Notes: generated by a model not told the origin, from the letters alone. Shown: positions 28,106-37,485, numbered from the stretch's first letter. The stretch: DNA of 43,222 nt from Infirmifilum sp. (GCA_041287245.1 JBEULP010000069.1:1-43222), one strand, 5' to 3'. Made by a program: numbers and translations.

Positions 28106-29380
28106 CTATGGAACAAGCCTGAAACGATCCCTGGGGAACAGTACTACCTCCCGTATATTAGAGAGTCCCAGTAGAGTCATCAAGAGCCTGTCGAGCCCAA
28201 GTCCAAAACCGCCGTGAGGAGGCATTCCATACTTGAAAGCCTGCGTGTAGAATGCAAAGTCCTCGGGACTGAGCTCTTTCATTTTAAGGTTTTGTATAAG
28301 TTCGTGGAATCGGTGTTCCCTCTGCCCCCCCGATGCAACTTCTATGCCATTGATATCCAGGTCGAAAGCCCTGCTCAGCTTGTCGCCCTCTCTCATAATA
28401 TAGAAGGGCTTTGCATCCCAAGGGTATTTAGTCAAGAAATAGATCGGGTACCCTTGTCCTGCCAGATGTTCCCCTAGTGTCTTCTCAGCCTGCGTGTCCA
28501 GGTCATCCCCCCAACGTACGCTAAAACCCAGCTTGTTTAACGTTTCAACAGCCTCGGTGTATGTTACCCGTGGAATGGAGGAAGGCTCGCGCATCAACTC
28601 TAGACCGGCTAGCCTTAGCATTTCTCCGACCTCCGACGCCAAGTACTTTATAGAGCCTCTAATGAACTCCTCCAGGATTTTCATCACATCCTCTTCATCC
28701 TCGATAAACGCCATTTCAACGTCAAGGCCCCAGCTCTCGTTAAGGTGCCTGGGAGTACTAAACTTTTCAGCCCTAAAGTACGGAGTTATCTCGAAGACTC
28801 TGGGAACGCCGCACATAAGCATCTGCTTGTAGAGCTGAGGGCTTTGAGAAAGATAGGCTTTTTTTCCGAAGTAATCCACTGTGAATAGAGTGGCCCCTCC
28901 CTCGGCTCCCGCGCCGACAAGTTTAGGGGTATTTACCTCGAGGAACCCCTTATCGGAGAAAAAACGGCGTGTAAACTCTAAGAGCTTGGCGCGGGCTATA
29001 AAGATAGCCCTAAAACGAGGTAGGCGTAATGAGAGGTACCTGTAATCAAGGTAGAGGTCGAAATTCGCAGGGGTCTTCCCGGTAAGGTCTATAGGAGGAA
29101 GCTCAAGAGGCTCGGCTAAGACAATTATTCTCGATGCCTGTAGTTCTCGGCCCTTCTTACTCACAACCATCTCAGGCAACTTCCCCTCTACTTTTACTGC
29201 AGAGCCTATCTTCATGGAAGACGCCTTTGTCCACGTCTCATCGTCAACGCTGTCCCTCTTTACAACGATGGTGATAGGGGAAAGCGAAAGGTCGTCCACC
29301 ACTTCAAGAAACATTATTCTTCCAACGCTCTTAACATTCGAGACCCAGCCCTCCACAACGGTTGTTTTCCCATCCAACAT
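28106..29380 (-). CDS. aspS: Aspartate--tRNA ligase (archaeal type)
   Basis: AEGGATLF, LSQSPQLYKQ, FRAE..RHLNE, SGGQREH, GMPPHGGFGLGLDR, FPRD; start placed at ATG 29380. Confidence 0.95.
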   Translation of the reverse strand: MLDGKTTVVEGWVSNVKSVGRIMFLEVVDDLSLSPITIVVKRDSVDDETWTKASSMKIGSAVKVEGKLPEMVVSKKGRELQASRIIVLAEPLELPPIDLTGKTPANFDLYLDYRYLSLRLPRFRAIFIARAKLLEFTRRFFSDKGFLEVNTPKLVGAGAEGGATLFTVDYFGKKAYLSQSPQLYKQMLMCGVPRVFEITPYFRAEKFSTPRHLNESWGLDVEMAFIEDEEDVMKILEEFIRGSIKYLASEVGEMLRLAGLELMREPSSIPRVTYTEAVETLNKLGFSVRWGDDLDTQAEKTLGEHLAGQGYPIYFLTKYPWDAKPFYIMREGDKLSRAFDLDINGIEVASGGQREHRFHELIQNLKMKELSPEDFAFYTQAFKYGMPPHGGFGLGLDRLLMTLLGLSNIREVVLFPRDRFRLVP

Positions 29381-29442
29381 TGACACCCTTGCCCGTGCGA
29401 AAATTTCATAAATTCATGGACATAAAGGCTTTGGTGCTCCTA

Positions 29443-29706
29443 ATGGTCAGGCCTGCTCTAAGGTCAAGACAAAAGAAAAGAAAGCTCGTTAGAACACCCG
29501 GCGGGCGTCTAGCCCTCAGGGTTAACGATAAAAAGCACGGGTACCCCAGATGCGCCGTCTGCGGCGCGCCGCTTCAAGGGGTGGCGAGGCTTACGGCACG
29601 TGAAGAGCGTAAAGGCGTTAAAATGCCGACGCGAGCATACGGTGGTTACCTCTGCCATAGGTGTCTTAGACGAGGCTTGAAGCTCGCCCTTCGCGTGAGA
29701 GCCTGA
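29443..29706 (+). CDS. rpl34e: 50S ribosomal protein L34e
   Basis: MVRPALRS, VRTPGGR, CAVCG, RAYGGYLCHRC; start moved to ATG 29443. Confidence 0.95.
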   Translation: MVRPALRSRQKKRKLVRTPGGRLALRVNDKKHGYPRCAVCGAPLQGVARLTAREERKGVKMPTRAYGGYLCHRCLRRGLKLALRVRA

Positions 29707-29711
29707 TCAGC

Positions 29712-30269
29712 GTGCCCCGCGTCGTTGTAGCTGTTAGCGGTACACCGGGGAGCGGAAAAACAACTTATTCCCGTTTTATCGCAGAACACTATGGTTTACG
29801 CTATGTGTCCAGCGGCCAGCTTTTCCGAGAGATTGCTCGGGAAAGGGGGATAGATTTCCTACAGCTTCACCGCTTGGCGGAGGAGAACCGGGAAATAGAC
29901 CTGTTAATAGACCAGAGGGCTATAACAGAAGCTTTGAAGGGAGGAGTAGTGGTTGAGGGGCATCTAGCTGTGTGGGTTTTGAGAGAGATAGCTCATGTTA
30001 AGATAATTTTCGATGCCCCAATAGAGGTGAGGGCTGAGAGAATCGCGAGGAGAGATGGCATAAGCTTTGAGGAGGCACTGCGGGAAATAAGGGAACGCGA
30101 AGCAAGTAATCATGAGAGAGCTTTGAGATATTACGGGCTTAATATAAGAGACTATAGTGTGGCAGACCTGATGGTCTCGACGCAACACCTCCCGCCTGAG
30201 GCTGTTAAAAGGGTTGTCCTCTCATATATAGATGCGTTTCGAGAAAAATATCCACGACTTTTCGCATAA
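29712..30269 (+). CDS. cmk: Cytidylate kinase (archaeal)
   Basis: SGTPGSGKTT, GQLFREIA, VVEGHLA, RAERIARR; follows rpl34e. Confidence 0.92.
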   Translation: MPRVVVAVSGTPGSGKTTYSRFIAEHYGLRYVSSGQLFREIARERGIDFLQLHRLAEENREIDLLIDQRAITEALKGGVVVEGHLAVWVLREIAHVKIIFDAPIEVRAERIARRDGISFEEALREIREREASNHERALRYYGLNIRDYSVADLMVSTQHLPPEAVKRVVLSYIDAFREKYPRLFA

Positions 30270-30340
30270 TTTGTCGAAGCCGAGTTTAGATAAATTTTTA
30301 TAATCACGGCTGTTTGATTTAGGCTGAAATAGGTGAGACT

Positions 30341-31642
30341 ATGTCTGAGAAGAAGCCACACCTTAACCTAGTGGTTATCGGCCACATCGACCACGGTAAA
30401 AGCACTACGATGGGTAGATTGCTTTATGATATAGGCGCAATCGACCCTAGAGTTATTCAGCAGTACGAAGAAGAGGCAAAGAAGCTTGGTAGAGAATCCT
30501 TTAAGTATGCCTGGGTTCTCGACAGGCTTAAGGAGGAGCGTGAACGCGGAATCACAATAGACCTCGGCTTCTACAAGTTTGAAACGAAGAAATACTTCTT
30601 CACACTTATCGACGCACCCGGCCACAGGGACTTCGTCAAAAACATGATAACCGGCGCGAGCCAGGCAGACGCCGCAGTTCTCATAGTCTCAGCTAAAGAA
30701 GGAGAGTTCGAGGCGGGCATCAGCCCAGCCGGACAGACCCGTGAGCACATATTCTTAGCAAAGACAATGGGCGTCGACCAACTCATCGTCGCCGTCAACA
30801 AGATGGACACTGTGAACTACAACCAGCAGAGATTCGAGGATATAAAGAACCAGCTTTCAAGGCTCTTGAGAATGGTAGGATATAAGCTCGAAGAGACCCC
30901 CTTTATCCCTATCTCAGCATGGGAAGGTGTCAACATTGCTAAAAGGTCTCCTGATAAGACGCCATGGTACAACGGCCCATGCCTCTACGAGGCCTTTGAC
31001 AACTTTAAGGAGCCACCCAGGCCCATCGACAAGCCCCTCAGGCTTCCAATACAGGACGTCTATTCGATCAAAGGCGTAGGAACGGTTCCCGTAGGCAGAG
31101 TTGAAACAGGCGTTTTGAGGGTTGGTGACAAGGTGATCATCAACCCGCCCAAGGCTGTGGGGGAGGTCAAGTCAATCGAGACGCACCACACCCCGATCCC
31201 TGAGGCTATTCCAGGCGACAACATAGGCTTTAACGTAAAGGGCGTTGAGAAGAGCCAGATCCGCCGTGGAGACGTTGTAGGCCCTGCAAACAATCCACCT
31301 ACAGTCGTCGACGAGTTTATCGGACGAATATTCGTCTTATTCCACCCGACAGCCATAGCCGCCGGATACACCCCCGTGCTCCACGTCCACACCGCTACAG
31401 TCCCCGTAACCTTCGAAGAGCTACTTCAGAAGCTGGATCCACGCACAGGAAGTGTAGCAGAGGAGAAGCCCCAGTACATCAAACAGGGCGATTCAGCCAT
31501 CGTAAGGTTCAAGCCTAGGAAGCCTCTAGTCGTAGAAAAATACTCTGACTTCCCACCACTCGGCAGGTTCGCGATCCGTGACTCTGGAAGAACCATCGCC
31601 GCGGGAGTCGTCATCGACGTCAAGAAAGCTGAAGGCTACTAA
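30341..31642 (+). CDS. tuf: Translation elongation factor EF-1 alpha
   Basis: GHIDHGKST, ERERGITID, DAPGHRDFVKNMITGASQAD, NKMD, LGRFAIRD. Confidence 0.99.
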   Translation: MSEKKPHLNLVVIGHIDHGKSTTMGRLLYDIGAIDPRVIQQYEEEAKKLGRESFKYAWVLDRLKEERERGITIDLGFYKFETKKYFFTLIDAPGHRDFVKNMITGASQADAAVLIVSAKEGEFEAGISPAGQTREHIFLAKTMGVDQLIVAVNKMDTVNYNQQRFEDIKNQLSRLLRMVGYKLEETPFIPISAWEGVNIAKRSPDKTPWYNGPCLYEAFDNFKEPPRPIDKPLRLPIQDVYSIKGVGTVPVGRVETGVLRVGDKVIINPPKAVGEVKSIETHHTPIPEAIPGDNIGFNVKGVEKSQIRRGDVVGPANNPPTVVDEFIGRIFVLFHPTAIAAGYTPVLHVHTATVPVTFEELLQKLDPRTGSVAEEKPQYIKQGDSAIVRFKPRKPLVVEKYSDFPPLGRFAIRDSGRTIAAGVVIDVKKAEGY

Positions 31643-31707
31643 GCCGCGGCTTTTTAGATAAAGTTTTTATACTGTGCCTTACTCTCTCTTTCTGCCCGTG
31701 ATGCGGT

Positions 31708-32016
31708 ATGCCTAGTAAAGTCCGTATTCGACTTTCAAGTACCTCTGTAGAAGATCTCAATGCCGTTTGTAACGAGATTAAAGAGATAGCTCGGAGAACG
31801 GGGGTCAAGATACGTGGACCCATACCTCTACCCGTACAAGTCGCGCGAATAGTCACAAGACGAGCCCCCTCGGGACAGGGCTACGAAACCTTTGACAGGT
31901 TCGAGCTTAGAATACATAAAAGGCTCATCGACATGGATGCTGACGAGAGAGCAACCCGTCTTCTACTTCGAACCAGAGTTCCACCCTCTGTTCGGGTGGA
32001 GATCGAGGTAGTTTAG
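31708..32016 (+). CDS. rps10: 30S ribosomal protein S10 (uS10)
   Basis: GPIPLP, FELRIHKRLID; follows tuf. Confidence 0.97.
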   Translation: MPSKVRIRLSSTSVEDLNAVCNEIKEIARRTGVKIRGPIPLPVQVARIVTRRAPSGQGYETFDRFELRIHKRLIDMDADERATRLLLRTRVPPSVRVEIEVV

Positions 32017-32096
32017 CCCAAGCTATCTTTTCTTTAATGCTTTTGTTCTCCTAGAAGAAAAATTTATCTGACTCGAATATCAAACCTTTTTGTAAA

Positions 32097-32207
32097 GGGC
32101 CCGTGGCGCAGTCAGGAAGCGCGGCGGCCACGCTCAAGAAGCGCCGCAGTCCTAAGATTAGACTCGAAGAGAGCCGTAGGTCCCGGGTTCAACTCCCGGC
32201 GGGCCCG
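32097..32207 (+). tRNA. tRNA-Arg(CCT) with two introns (32/33: 32130-32149, 20 nt; 37/38: 32155-32171, 17 nt)
   Basis: Acceptor GGGCCCG/CGGGCCC-G, D stem GCGC/GCGC, anticodon stem GCGGC/GCCGT, T arm CCGGG-TTCAACT-CCCGG; spliced loop CT-CCT-AA; 74-nt mature body. Confidence 0.9.
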
Positions 32208-32264
32208 CTCATTCTGCCAACCTTTCGCGCGAGATTTTTATACAGTATTTTTATAGGGTTCAAC

Positions 32265-33092
32265 GTGGGAAAAATAGAGGCTTATTTGCGGCTTGCAAGA
32301 ATAGAGCATGGCTTAATGACGGGTATCGCTGCCGTGGCTGGTTTCCTTGCTGTGAAATGGTGTTTCTGTGACAATCTTTGGGTTGTCTTCGTAAGTTCGG
32401 TTCTTGCAGAGGTCTCCTTGTTCGCTTTTAACGATATTTTCAACCTGGAGGAGGATAGGATAAACAGCCCTGACAGACCTCTGGTGCGAGGAGAGCTTAC
32501 GAGAAAAGAGGCGCTTGCCTTCGCTCTTGCATCAGCCGCCGCTTCGATTATTCTTGCTTTCCAGCTCGGCACTTACCCGCTTGTTGTGCTATTCGCGGCG
32601 ATCGTACTTGGAAACCTCTATAACGCTTACCTGAAGAGGCTATCCATCCTTGGGAATCTAACGGTGGCAGGGTTGACCGCAACTAGTTTCCTCTACGGTT
32701 CGCTGTCCACCGGCGTTGCGGTTCCTGAGAAGGTTGTTTTATTTTTCATCATAGCGTTTTTGGCGAACGTTGGTAGAGAAATCTCGAAGGGGATAAGGGA
32801 TCTGGAGGGCGACTCTAAGGCGGGGATCTGTACGCTTGCATGCGAGGTTGGTGTGGAAGAAGCAGGCCTTATCGCCGCGGTCTTCATGTCCCTAGCGGTT
32901 GTGCTCAGTATGGCGGCTGTGAATTATTTCACATTTAAAGTTTTATTTATCTCTCTCATCTCGGTCACAGATGTTATATTTATTCACGCTGCTTACCAGA
33001 TGATTACAAAACCAAGTCATGCTGCTGGCTGGGTTAGAAAGACAACCCTTATAGGAATGCTCCTCGCTCTTATTTCCTTCATCACGCCGTGA
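32265..33092 (+). CDS. UbiA-family prenyltransferase, probable digeranylgeranylglyceryl phosphate synthase
   Basis: NDIFNLEEDRINSPDRPLVRG, REISKGIRDLEGD, multiple TMs; start moved to GTG 32265 because the longer ORF overlaps the tRNA. Confidence 0.88.
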   Translation: MGKIEAYLRLARIEHGLMTGIAAVAGFLAVKWCFCDNLWVVFVSSVLAEVSLFAFNDIFNLEEDRINSPDRPLVRGELTRKEALAFALASAAASIILAFQLGTYPLVVLFAAIVLGNLYNAYLKRLSILGNLTVAGLTATSFLYGSLSTGVAVPEKVVLFFIIAFLANVGREISKGIRDLEGDSKAGICTLACEVGVEEAGLIAAVFMSLAVVLSMAAVNYFTFKVLFISLISVTDVIFIHAAYQMITKPSHAAGWVRKTTLIGMLLALISFITP

Positions 33093-33136
33093 GCCACGAG
33101 AGTCAAAAATAAATAAGCGTACAGGTTTAAGGTCAT

Positions 33137-33490
33137 ATGCAGAGAAAGTGGCTACGCGGCTTTGAAAGGATTTTCTCAGACAATAACATCGCTGTTGCAC
33201 TGCTCTTAGTCTCGATAGCCATAGCGGCTGGCATAGTGTTCGTCCTGGCTGAAAGGCCCCCCTTCTCGCTAGGGACATATTTTGTATACCCTGGAACCTC
33301 CTCTCAGACTACGAGCGAGTTTCTCATATTATTCTTTATATATGCACTCTCTGTAGCAGGCTTAATTCTCATCTATGAGTCTCCCAAGTACAGATCCCGC
33401 CCAAGCCTTGCGTCTACATTTCTAGTCTCAGGAGTGGCAGTTGTTGTTATATCGGTAATACTCTTATTCCTCGTCTACGGGATGAAATGA
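33137..33490 (+). CDS. Three-TM protein resembling OSTC/DC2 (OST3/OST6 family) oligosaccharyltransferase accessory subunit
   Basis: AGIVFVLAERPP..F...Q...E..GLILI..S..G..VVIS..MK pattern; see findings. Confidence 0.6.
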   Translation: MQRKWLRGFERIFSDNNIAVALLLVSIAIAAGIVFVLAERPPFSLGTYFVYPGTSSQTTSEFLILFFIYALSVAGLILIYESPKYRSRPSLASTFLVSGVAVVVISVILLFLVYGMK

Positions 33491-33567
33491 TCCCCCCACT
33501 TTTAGAAGTAGTTGTTCTCCTCTCACAGCCTTCTTTACCCCCAGAGGCTTGAACGGTGAAGCCTGGG

Positions 33568-34152
33568 ATGAGTACAAAAAGCCTAGTGCGCGTTCTCCGC
33601 CGCCCCGGGATCCATGTAGTCTACGGACCTCCAGGGTCGTTTAAGACAACCCTTTCTTTAAGGGTAGGCTTTTCAGCTTCCCGCTCAAAAATTCTTTATG
33701 TAGGCCTTGCCCGGCACTCAGTTCTGCATCCCCGGGAAAGCGAGAAGCTACTTGTAAAACCTCTTCCAAATCTAAAAAGCGAGTTTCAGTTTCTCCTAGA
33801 ATTAGAGCTATTATCTGATGATATAGGCTTCCTCATATACGACGGGTTTTCATCCTATTTTTTACCCTTGAGGTTTTACATGCGGGAGTCCTCCATCGCG
33901 AAGATCCAATTATTCGCAGCGTCGAAGCTTTATGCCTTCTCCCAGCTGAGAAACTTACCGGTGGTAATAACTACACAGGAGGTCTCCGGCAGGAAACCCT
34001 TGGCATACAAGGTTCTTAGAGGGTTCGCGTTAGATTTCACAAGGGTCGAAAGGACGGATCATGTAGTTGTATACCATATATGCGACGAGAGCCTCCAGGA
34101 GAAACTTAGCGGGGTTGTTGAGGAAGAGGAATTATCCCTTGAAAAAGGCTAA
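33568..34152 (+). CDS. RecA-superfamily ATPase, RadB/aRadC-like (no N-terminal domain)
   Basis: VYGPPGSFKT Walker A, FLIYDG Walker B, PVVITTQ. Confidence 0.7.
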   Translation: MSTKSLVRVLRRPGIHVVYGPPGSFKTTLSLRVGFSASRSKILYVGLARHSVLHPRESEKLLVKPLPNLKSEFQFLLELELLSDDIGFLIYDGFSSYFLPLRFYMRESSIAKIQLFAASKLYAFSQLRNLPVVITTQEVSGRKPLAYKVLRGFALDFTRVERTDHVVVYHICDESLQEKLSGVVEEEELSLEKG

Positions 34153-34183
34153 ATAGCCGTTCTATACTCCCTTTTCAGAGGTT

Positions 34184-34729
34184 ATGCAAGCTATACATGT
34201 CTCCACGGAGTGCCGGGAAAAAATGGGTACACTGTCAGAGCTGCTTAAAAGGATAAAGGGGAACTATGAAATAGACCCCGTGAACCCCGAGCTCATTGTT
34301 CCTTGCGAGTTCCTGGAGGAGGGGGTTGGCGAGGCCCTGCTTAAGGCCTTTCTAGCCTCTCCCCCGTGGAAGAATGGGAAGATATCCCTCGCATTAGACC
34401 CGGGCGAGGTAAAAACAGGGCTTGTATTGGCGGTTGACGATGAAGTTATACATGCAGCGTCTACCACTCCCGAAGCCGTTAAGAAGATACTCTCTCTGCT
34501 CTCCAAGTACTATACAAACCTTTCAGTGTTTTCCGGCGACACGCGAGTAGCTCGCAGGCTCTTAGAGGACAAGCCTAGTAACGTCACGGTGGTTTATCTC
34601 GACGAGGCGAAACTGCCGGGTGTGCACATAGACGTGAAAACCAGGGATGATGCTTTAGACGCGTTAAGGATATACTATAGGGGGCGCACGGTAACGCTTC
34701 AAAGGGAGTTTTCCAAGTCTAGCCTTTAA
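34184..34729 (+). CDS. Hypothetical protein with YqgF/RuvC-like RNase H-fold motifs
   Basis: LALDPGEVKTGLVLA, YLDE, DDALDALRI. Confidence 0.55.
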   Translation: MQAIHVSTECREKMGTLSELLKRIKGNYEIDPVNPELIVPCEFLEEGVGEALLKAFLASPPWKNGKISLALDPGEVKTGLVLAVDDEVIHAASTTPEAVKKILSLLSKYYTNLSVFSGDTRVARRLLEDKPSNVTVVYLDEAKLPGVHIDVKTRDDALDALRIYYRGRTVTLQREFSKSSL

Positions 34730-34889
34730 CCCTCCTCTTCCTCACCTCGACGTCCTGGGGCACCCAGTCAATCCTGGTGCCGCATTTAGGGCATTGTCCT
34801 CCAACCGACGCGTAGATCTTGTAGAGGTTTGGTATCTTGTTTCCCTTATAGAAAACATAGCCACACTTCTTGCAGACGACAGTTATCAT
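34719..34889 (-). CDS. Small Zn-ribbon protein (56 aa)
   Basis: CKKCG..CPKCG; ATG 34889 lies about 35 nt downstream of a minus-strand GAAAAGCTTAAAA. Confidence 0.75.
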   Translation of the reverse strand: MITVVCKKCGYVFYKGNKIPNLYKIYASVGGQCPKCGTRIDWVPQDVEVRKRRVKG

Positions 34890-35099
34890 TGCGCGGGTTC
34901 CGTATACTATAGGGAATGCCAGTTTTAAGCTTTTCAGTTTCCTGGCGGCTTTCCCACCTCCTATCAAGCTTTAACCGCCCTTTAGGGCTCGCGTCGTCTC
35001 GACACCGTGCCGTTAGGCTCCCTCCGTGCGAATATTAGAGAAGCGACCTGACGCGGTAAAACATTGTTTCAAGCTCAAAAATAAATACCTGCCCGTGAT

Positions 35100-37301
35100 G
35101 TGCCTACTGTGTCTGAAAGGAGTAATAAGGCCCTGGGCAAGGTCTCTACAACACTATCGAAGGTTTTCGAAGCTGCAGGCGATACCCGGTTCGTGGTAGG
35201 CGCTATCCTTGTCATAGCTTTCACGATAACTCTCCTGGCGCGTTTAACCCCTCTTCACTGGGGCACCTATCTAAACGAGTTCGACCCGTTCTACGAATAC
35301 TACCTATCCGTCAAGATGCTTGAAAACGGCAATGGGAGCTTCTGGGGAGGCGTTGCGTGGTGGTATCACTGGTGGCTCGAAAACCCCAAGCCGCGTGACA
35401 CTCTGTTCTGGGCTCCGAGCGGGCGCGACTTGCGAGGCTCAAGCCAGCCTGGAGCAGCCTTCTTCACCGTCGCCGTTTACGAACTGCTAAAAGACCTAGG
35501 CTTCAACGTCGACCTCTACTTTATCCACGGAATAAGTGTTCCGATAGGCGCGGCTATAGCAGTCTTCACGGCTTACCTTTTAGGCAGGGAGTTGAAGGAC
35601 TCCAGGGTCGGCGTCCTCTCGGCAGTCCTAATAAGCCTCAGCTGGGCATACATGTACAGAACCAACTACGGTGCTAAACACGAGGGATTCGCAATACCCT
35701 TCATGCTCTTCGGCTTCTACCTCTTCCTGGTGGCTTACAGGAGGAAGTCTCTGTCTCTCTCGGCGCTAGCGGGCATCTCTTTCGGCATGGTGGTTCTTTC
35801 CTGGGGCGCTTATCTGTATCCATGGAATTTCATCGCCTTGTTATCCCTTGTATGGCTATTATTCCACCCTGAAGACAGAACCCTAGCCAAGGTCTACATT
35901 GTGACTAACATCGTTACAACCTTCTTTGTAGCCACTACGCCAAGGTTTGGGCCAAACGCTGCTTTCCTATCGGCGGTGGGGTTCCTCCCGCTAGCTACGA
36001 CCCTCTACGCAGCATTCCTTCTAGTCGGCCTTTCCAGGATAAAGACGATGAGCTCCTCTAAGCTCAAGAAGATCGGTATCAGCGTCCTAGGAGTCCTCGC
36101 CGTACTTTTTGCCGCAGCATATTTCACAGGCGTGACCCAACTTATCTCGGGCAGGATACTCGCAGTGGTCCTGCCGACGATAAGGGAGCCTGGGGTCACA
36201 ACTGTTGCTGAGCACGCCGTCCCGTCATGGAACCAGCTCTTCGACGACTTCCAATCAACGATAATCTTCGGGGTCTTCGCCACCTACCTTTATGCTAGAA
36301 GGCTGAGGACAGACATAAAGGCGGCTTTCGCATCGCTATACTTCGCAACATCGCTCTACTTCTCCTCCTCTATCGTGAGGCTACTGCTCCTGCTCTCGCC
36401 GGCCATAGCCGTCGTATCCTCCCTCGGGCTAGTCGAGCTGTTTGACAGGGCCTTGGACCTCTCATCACCCTCCCCTCTACGCAAGAGGGAAAGGTCCGTC
36501 TCACCTGCCCTCATCGCCCTGGTCATGGTTATTCTTCTGCTAGTATTCTCTCCCTCGATACTGGGGTCGCAGGTCCCTGTATACTCGCACCAGCCGGCAC
36601 TCATCCTTACATCCTCCATCCCCATGATCGACTACCACTACCAGTACATGGACTGGATCTCGACGCTCGAGTGGATTAAGTTGAACGTCCCGCGGGACGC
36701 TACTATTGCAACTTGGTGGGACTATGGCTACTGGATAAGCGTGAATACGGACCGCAAAACCACCTGCGACAACGCGACAATAGACACGAAGCAGATTCAA
36801 AGGATAGCTAAGGCTTTTATGTCAGACGAGGATACAGCCTTAAGGATATTCAAGGAGCTCAACGTCACATACGTCGTCGTCTTCGAGCCCCTGCAGGCGA
36901 TACAGCTTACGACAGGGCTAAACGTGTACTTCTCCATGATACACCCTGCCCTTGGAGGAGACATGGCTAAAAGCCCACAGATGCTCAAGTGGATCGGACT
37001 GGATGCTGGAAACTACATTTATGGCTACAACAACGGCACCTACGCGTACCTAGATCTAGGAAACAACCAGCGAATATACCTGCTCGTCCCCGCTGCGACG
37101 CCGCAAGCCTTAAACTCTACCCTCTACAGGATGATTTATACGCGCAACTACAAGCAGCAGCTATTCATATTCGACTCCTTCCTCGGGCAACTCCAAGGCT
37201 ACACAGGCCCACACTACGTCTTAGCGCCGCTAAAACACTTCGAGCTGGTATACGTCTCAGAGCCCAACGGTTGGGTAAAAGTATTCAAGGTTACTGGCTA
37301 G
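35100..37301 (+). CDS. aglB: Oligosaccharyltransferase catalytic subunit AglB/STT3
   Basis: NEFDPFY, TTVAEH (SVSE-like), many TMs, WWDYGYWI, DNAT. Confidence 0.96.
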   Translation: MPTVSERSNKALGKVSTTLSKVFEAAGDTRFVVGAILVIAFTITLLARLTPLHWGTYLNEFDPFYEYYLSVKMLENGNGSFWGGVAWWYHWWLENPKPRDTLFWAPSGRDLRGSSQPGAAFFTVAVYELLKDLGFNVDLYFIHGISVPIGAAIAVFTAYLLGRELKDSRVGVLSAVLISLSWAYMYRTNYGAKHEGFAIPFMLFGFYLFLVAYRRKSLSLSALAGISFGMVVLSWGAYLYPWNFIALLSLVWLLFHPEDRTLAKVYIVTNIVTTFFVATTPRFGPNAAFLSAVGFLPLATTLYAAFLLVGLSRIKTMSSSKLKKIGISVLGVLAVLFAAAYFTGVTQLISGRILAVVLPTIREPGVTTVAEHAVPSWNQLFDDFQSTIIFGVFATYLYARRLRTDIKAAFASLYFATSLYFSSSIVRLLLLLSPAIAVVSSLGLVELFDRALDLSSPSPLRKRERSVSPALIALVMVILLLVFSPSILGSQVPVYSHQPALILTSSIPMIDYHYQYMDWISTLEWIKLNVPRDATIATWWDYGYWISVNTDRKTTCDNATIDTKQIQRIAKAFMSDEDTALRIFKELNVTYVVVFEPLQAIQLTTGLNVYFSMIHPALGGDMAKSPQMLKWIGLDAGNYIYGYNNGTYAYLDLGNNQRIYLLVPAATPQALNSTLYRMIYTRNYKQQLFIFDSFLGQLQGYTGPHYVLAPLKHFELVYVSEPNGWVKVFKVTG

Positions 37302-37482
37302 GCTTCCCGGATAGAAAAATGTCAAGCTTCATCTTTCTCCTATACTCCCCGTAGGGGTCCTCGGGCGAAAACTTAGCTGGGTAAGCTGCTTTGAGTTCTC
37401 CCCCGCAGTAAGGACACTTATTGGAACGCAGGGTATACATTCCACACTGAGAACACTTGTGGAGCAGAACATGTCTCGCCAA
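37291..37482 (-). CDS. nop10: H/ACA RNP protein Nop10
   Basis: CSQCGMYTL..CPYCGG..PAKFSPEDPYGEYRR. Confidence 0.95.
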   Translation of the reverse strand: MARHVLLHKCSQCGMYTLRSNKCPYCGGELKAAYPAKFSPEDPYGEYRRKMKLDIFLSGKPSQ

Positions 37483-37485
37483 AGA

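Noticed and set aside
32103..32264. N-terminal 54 aa of the 329-aa UbiA ORF
   Set aside because: Overlaps tRNA-Arg; UbiA-like sequence begins at GTG 32265, which has its own TATA-like element
34944..35055. Short inverted repeats (GGCGG/CCGCC, CGCGTC/GACGCG) and an anti-SD-like CACCTCCT in the aglB upstream region
   Set aside because: Stems of 5-6 bp are expected by chance; no SRP, RNase P, C/D or H/ACA signature
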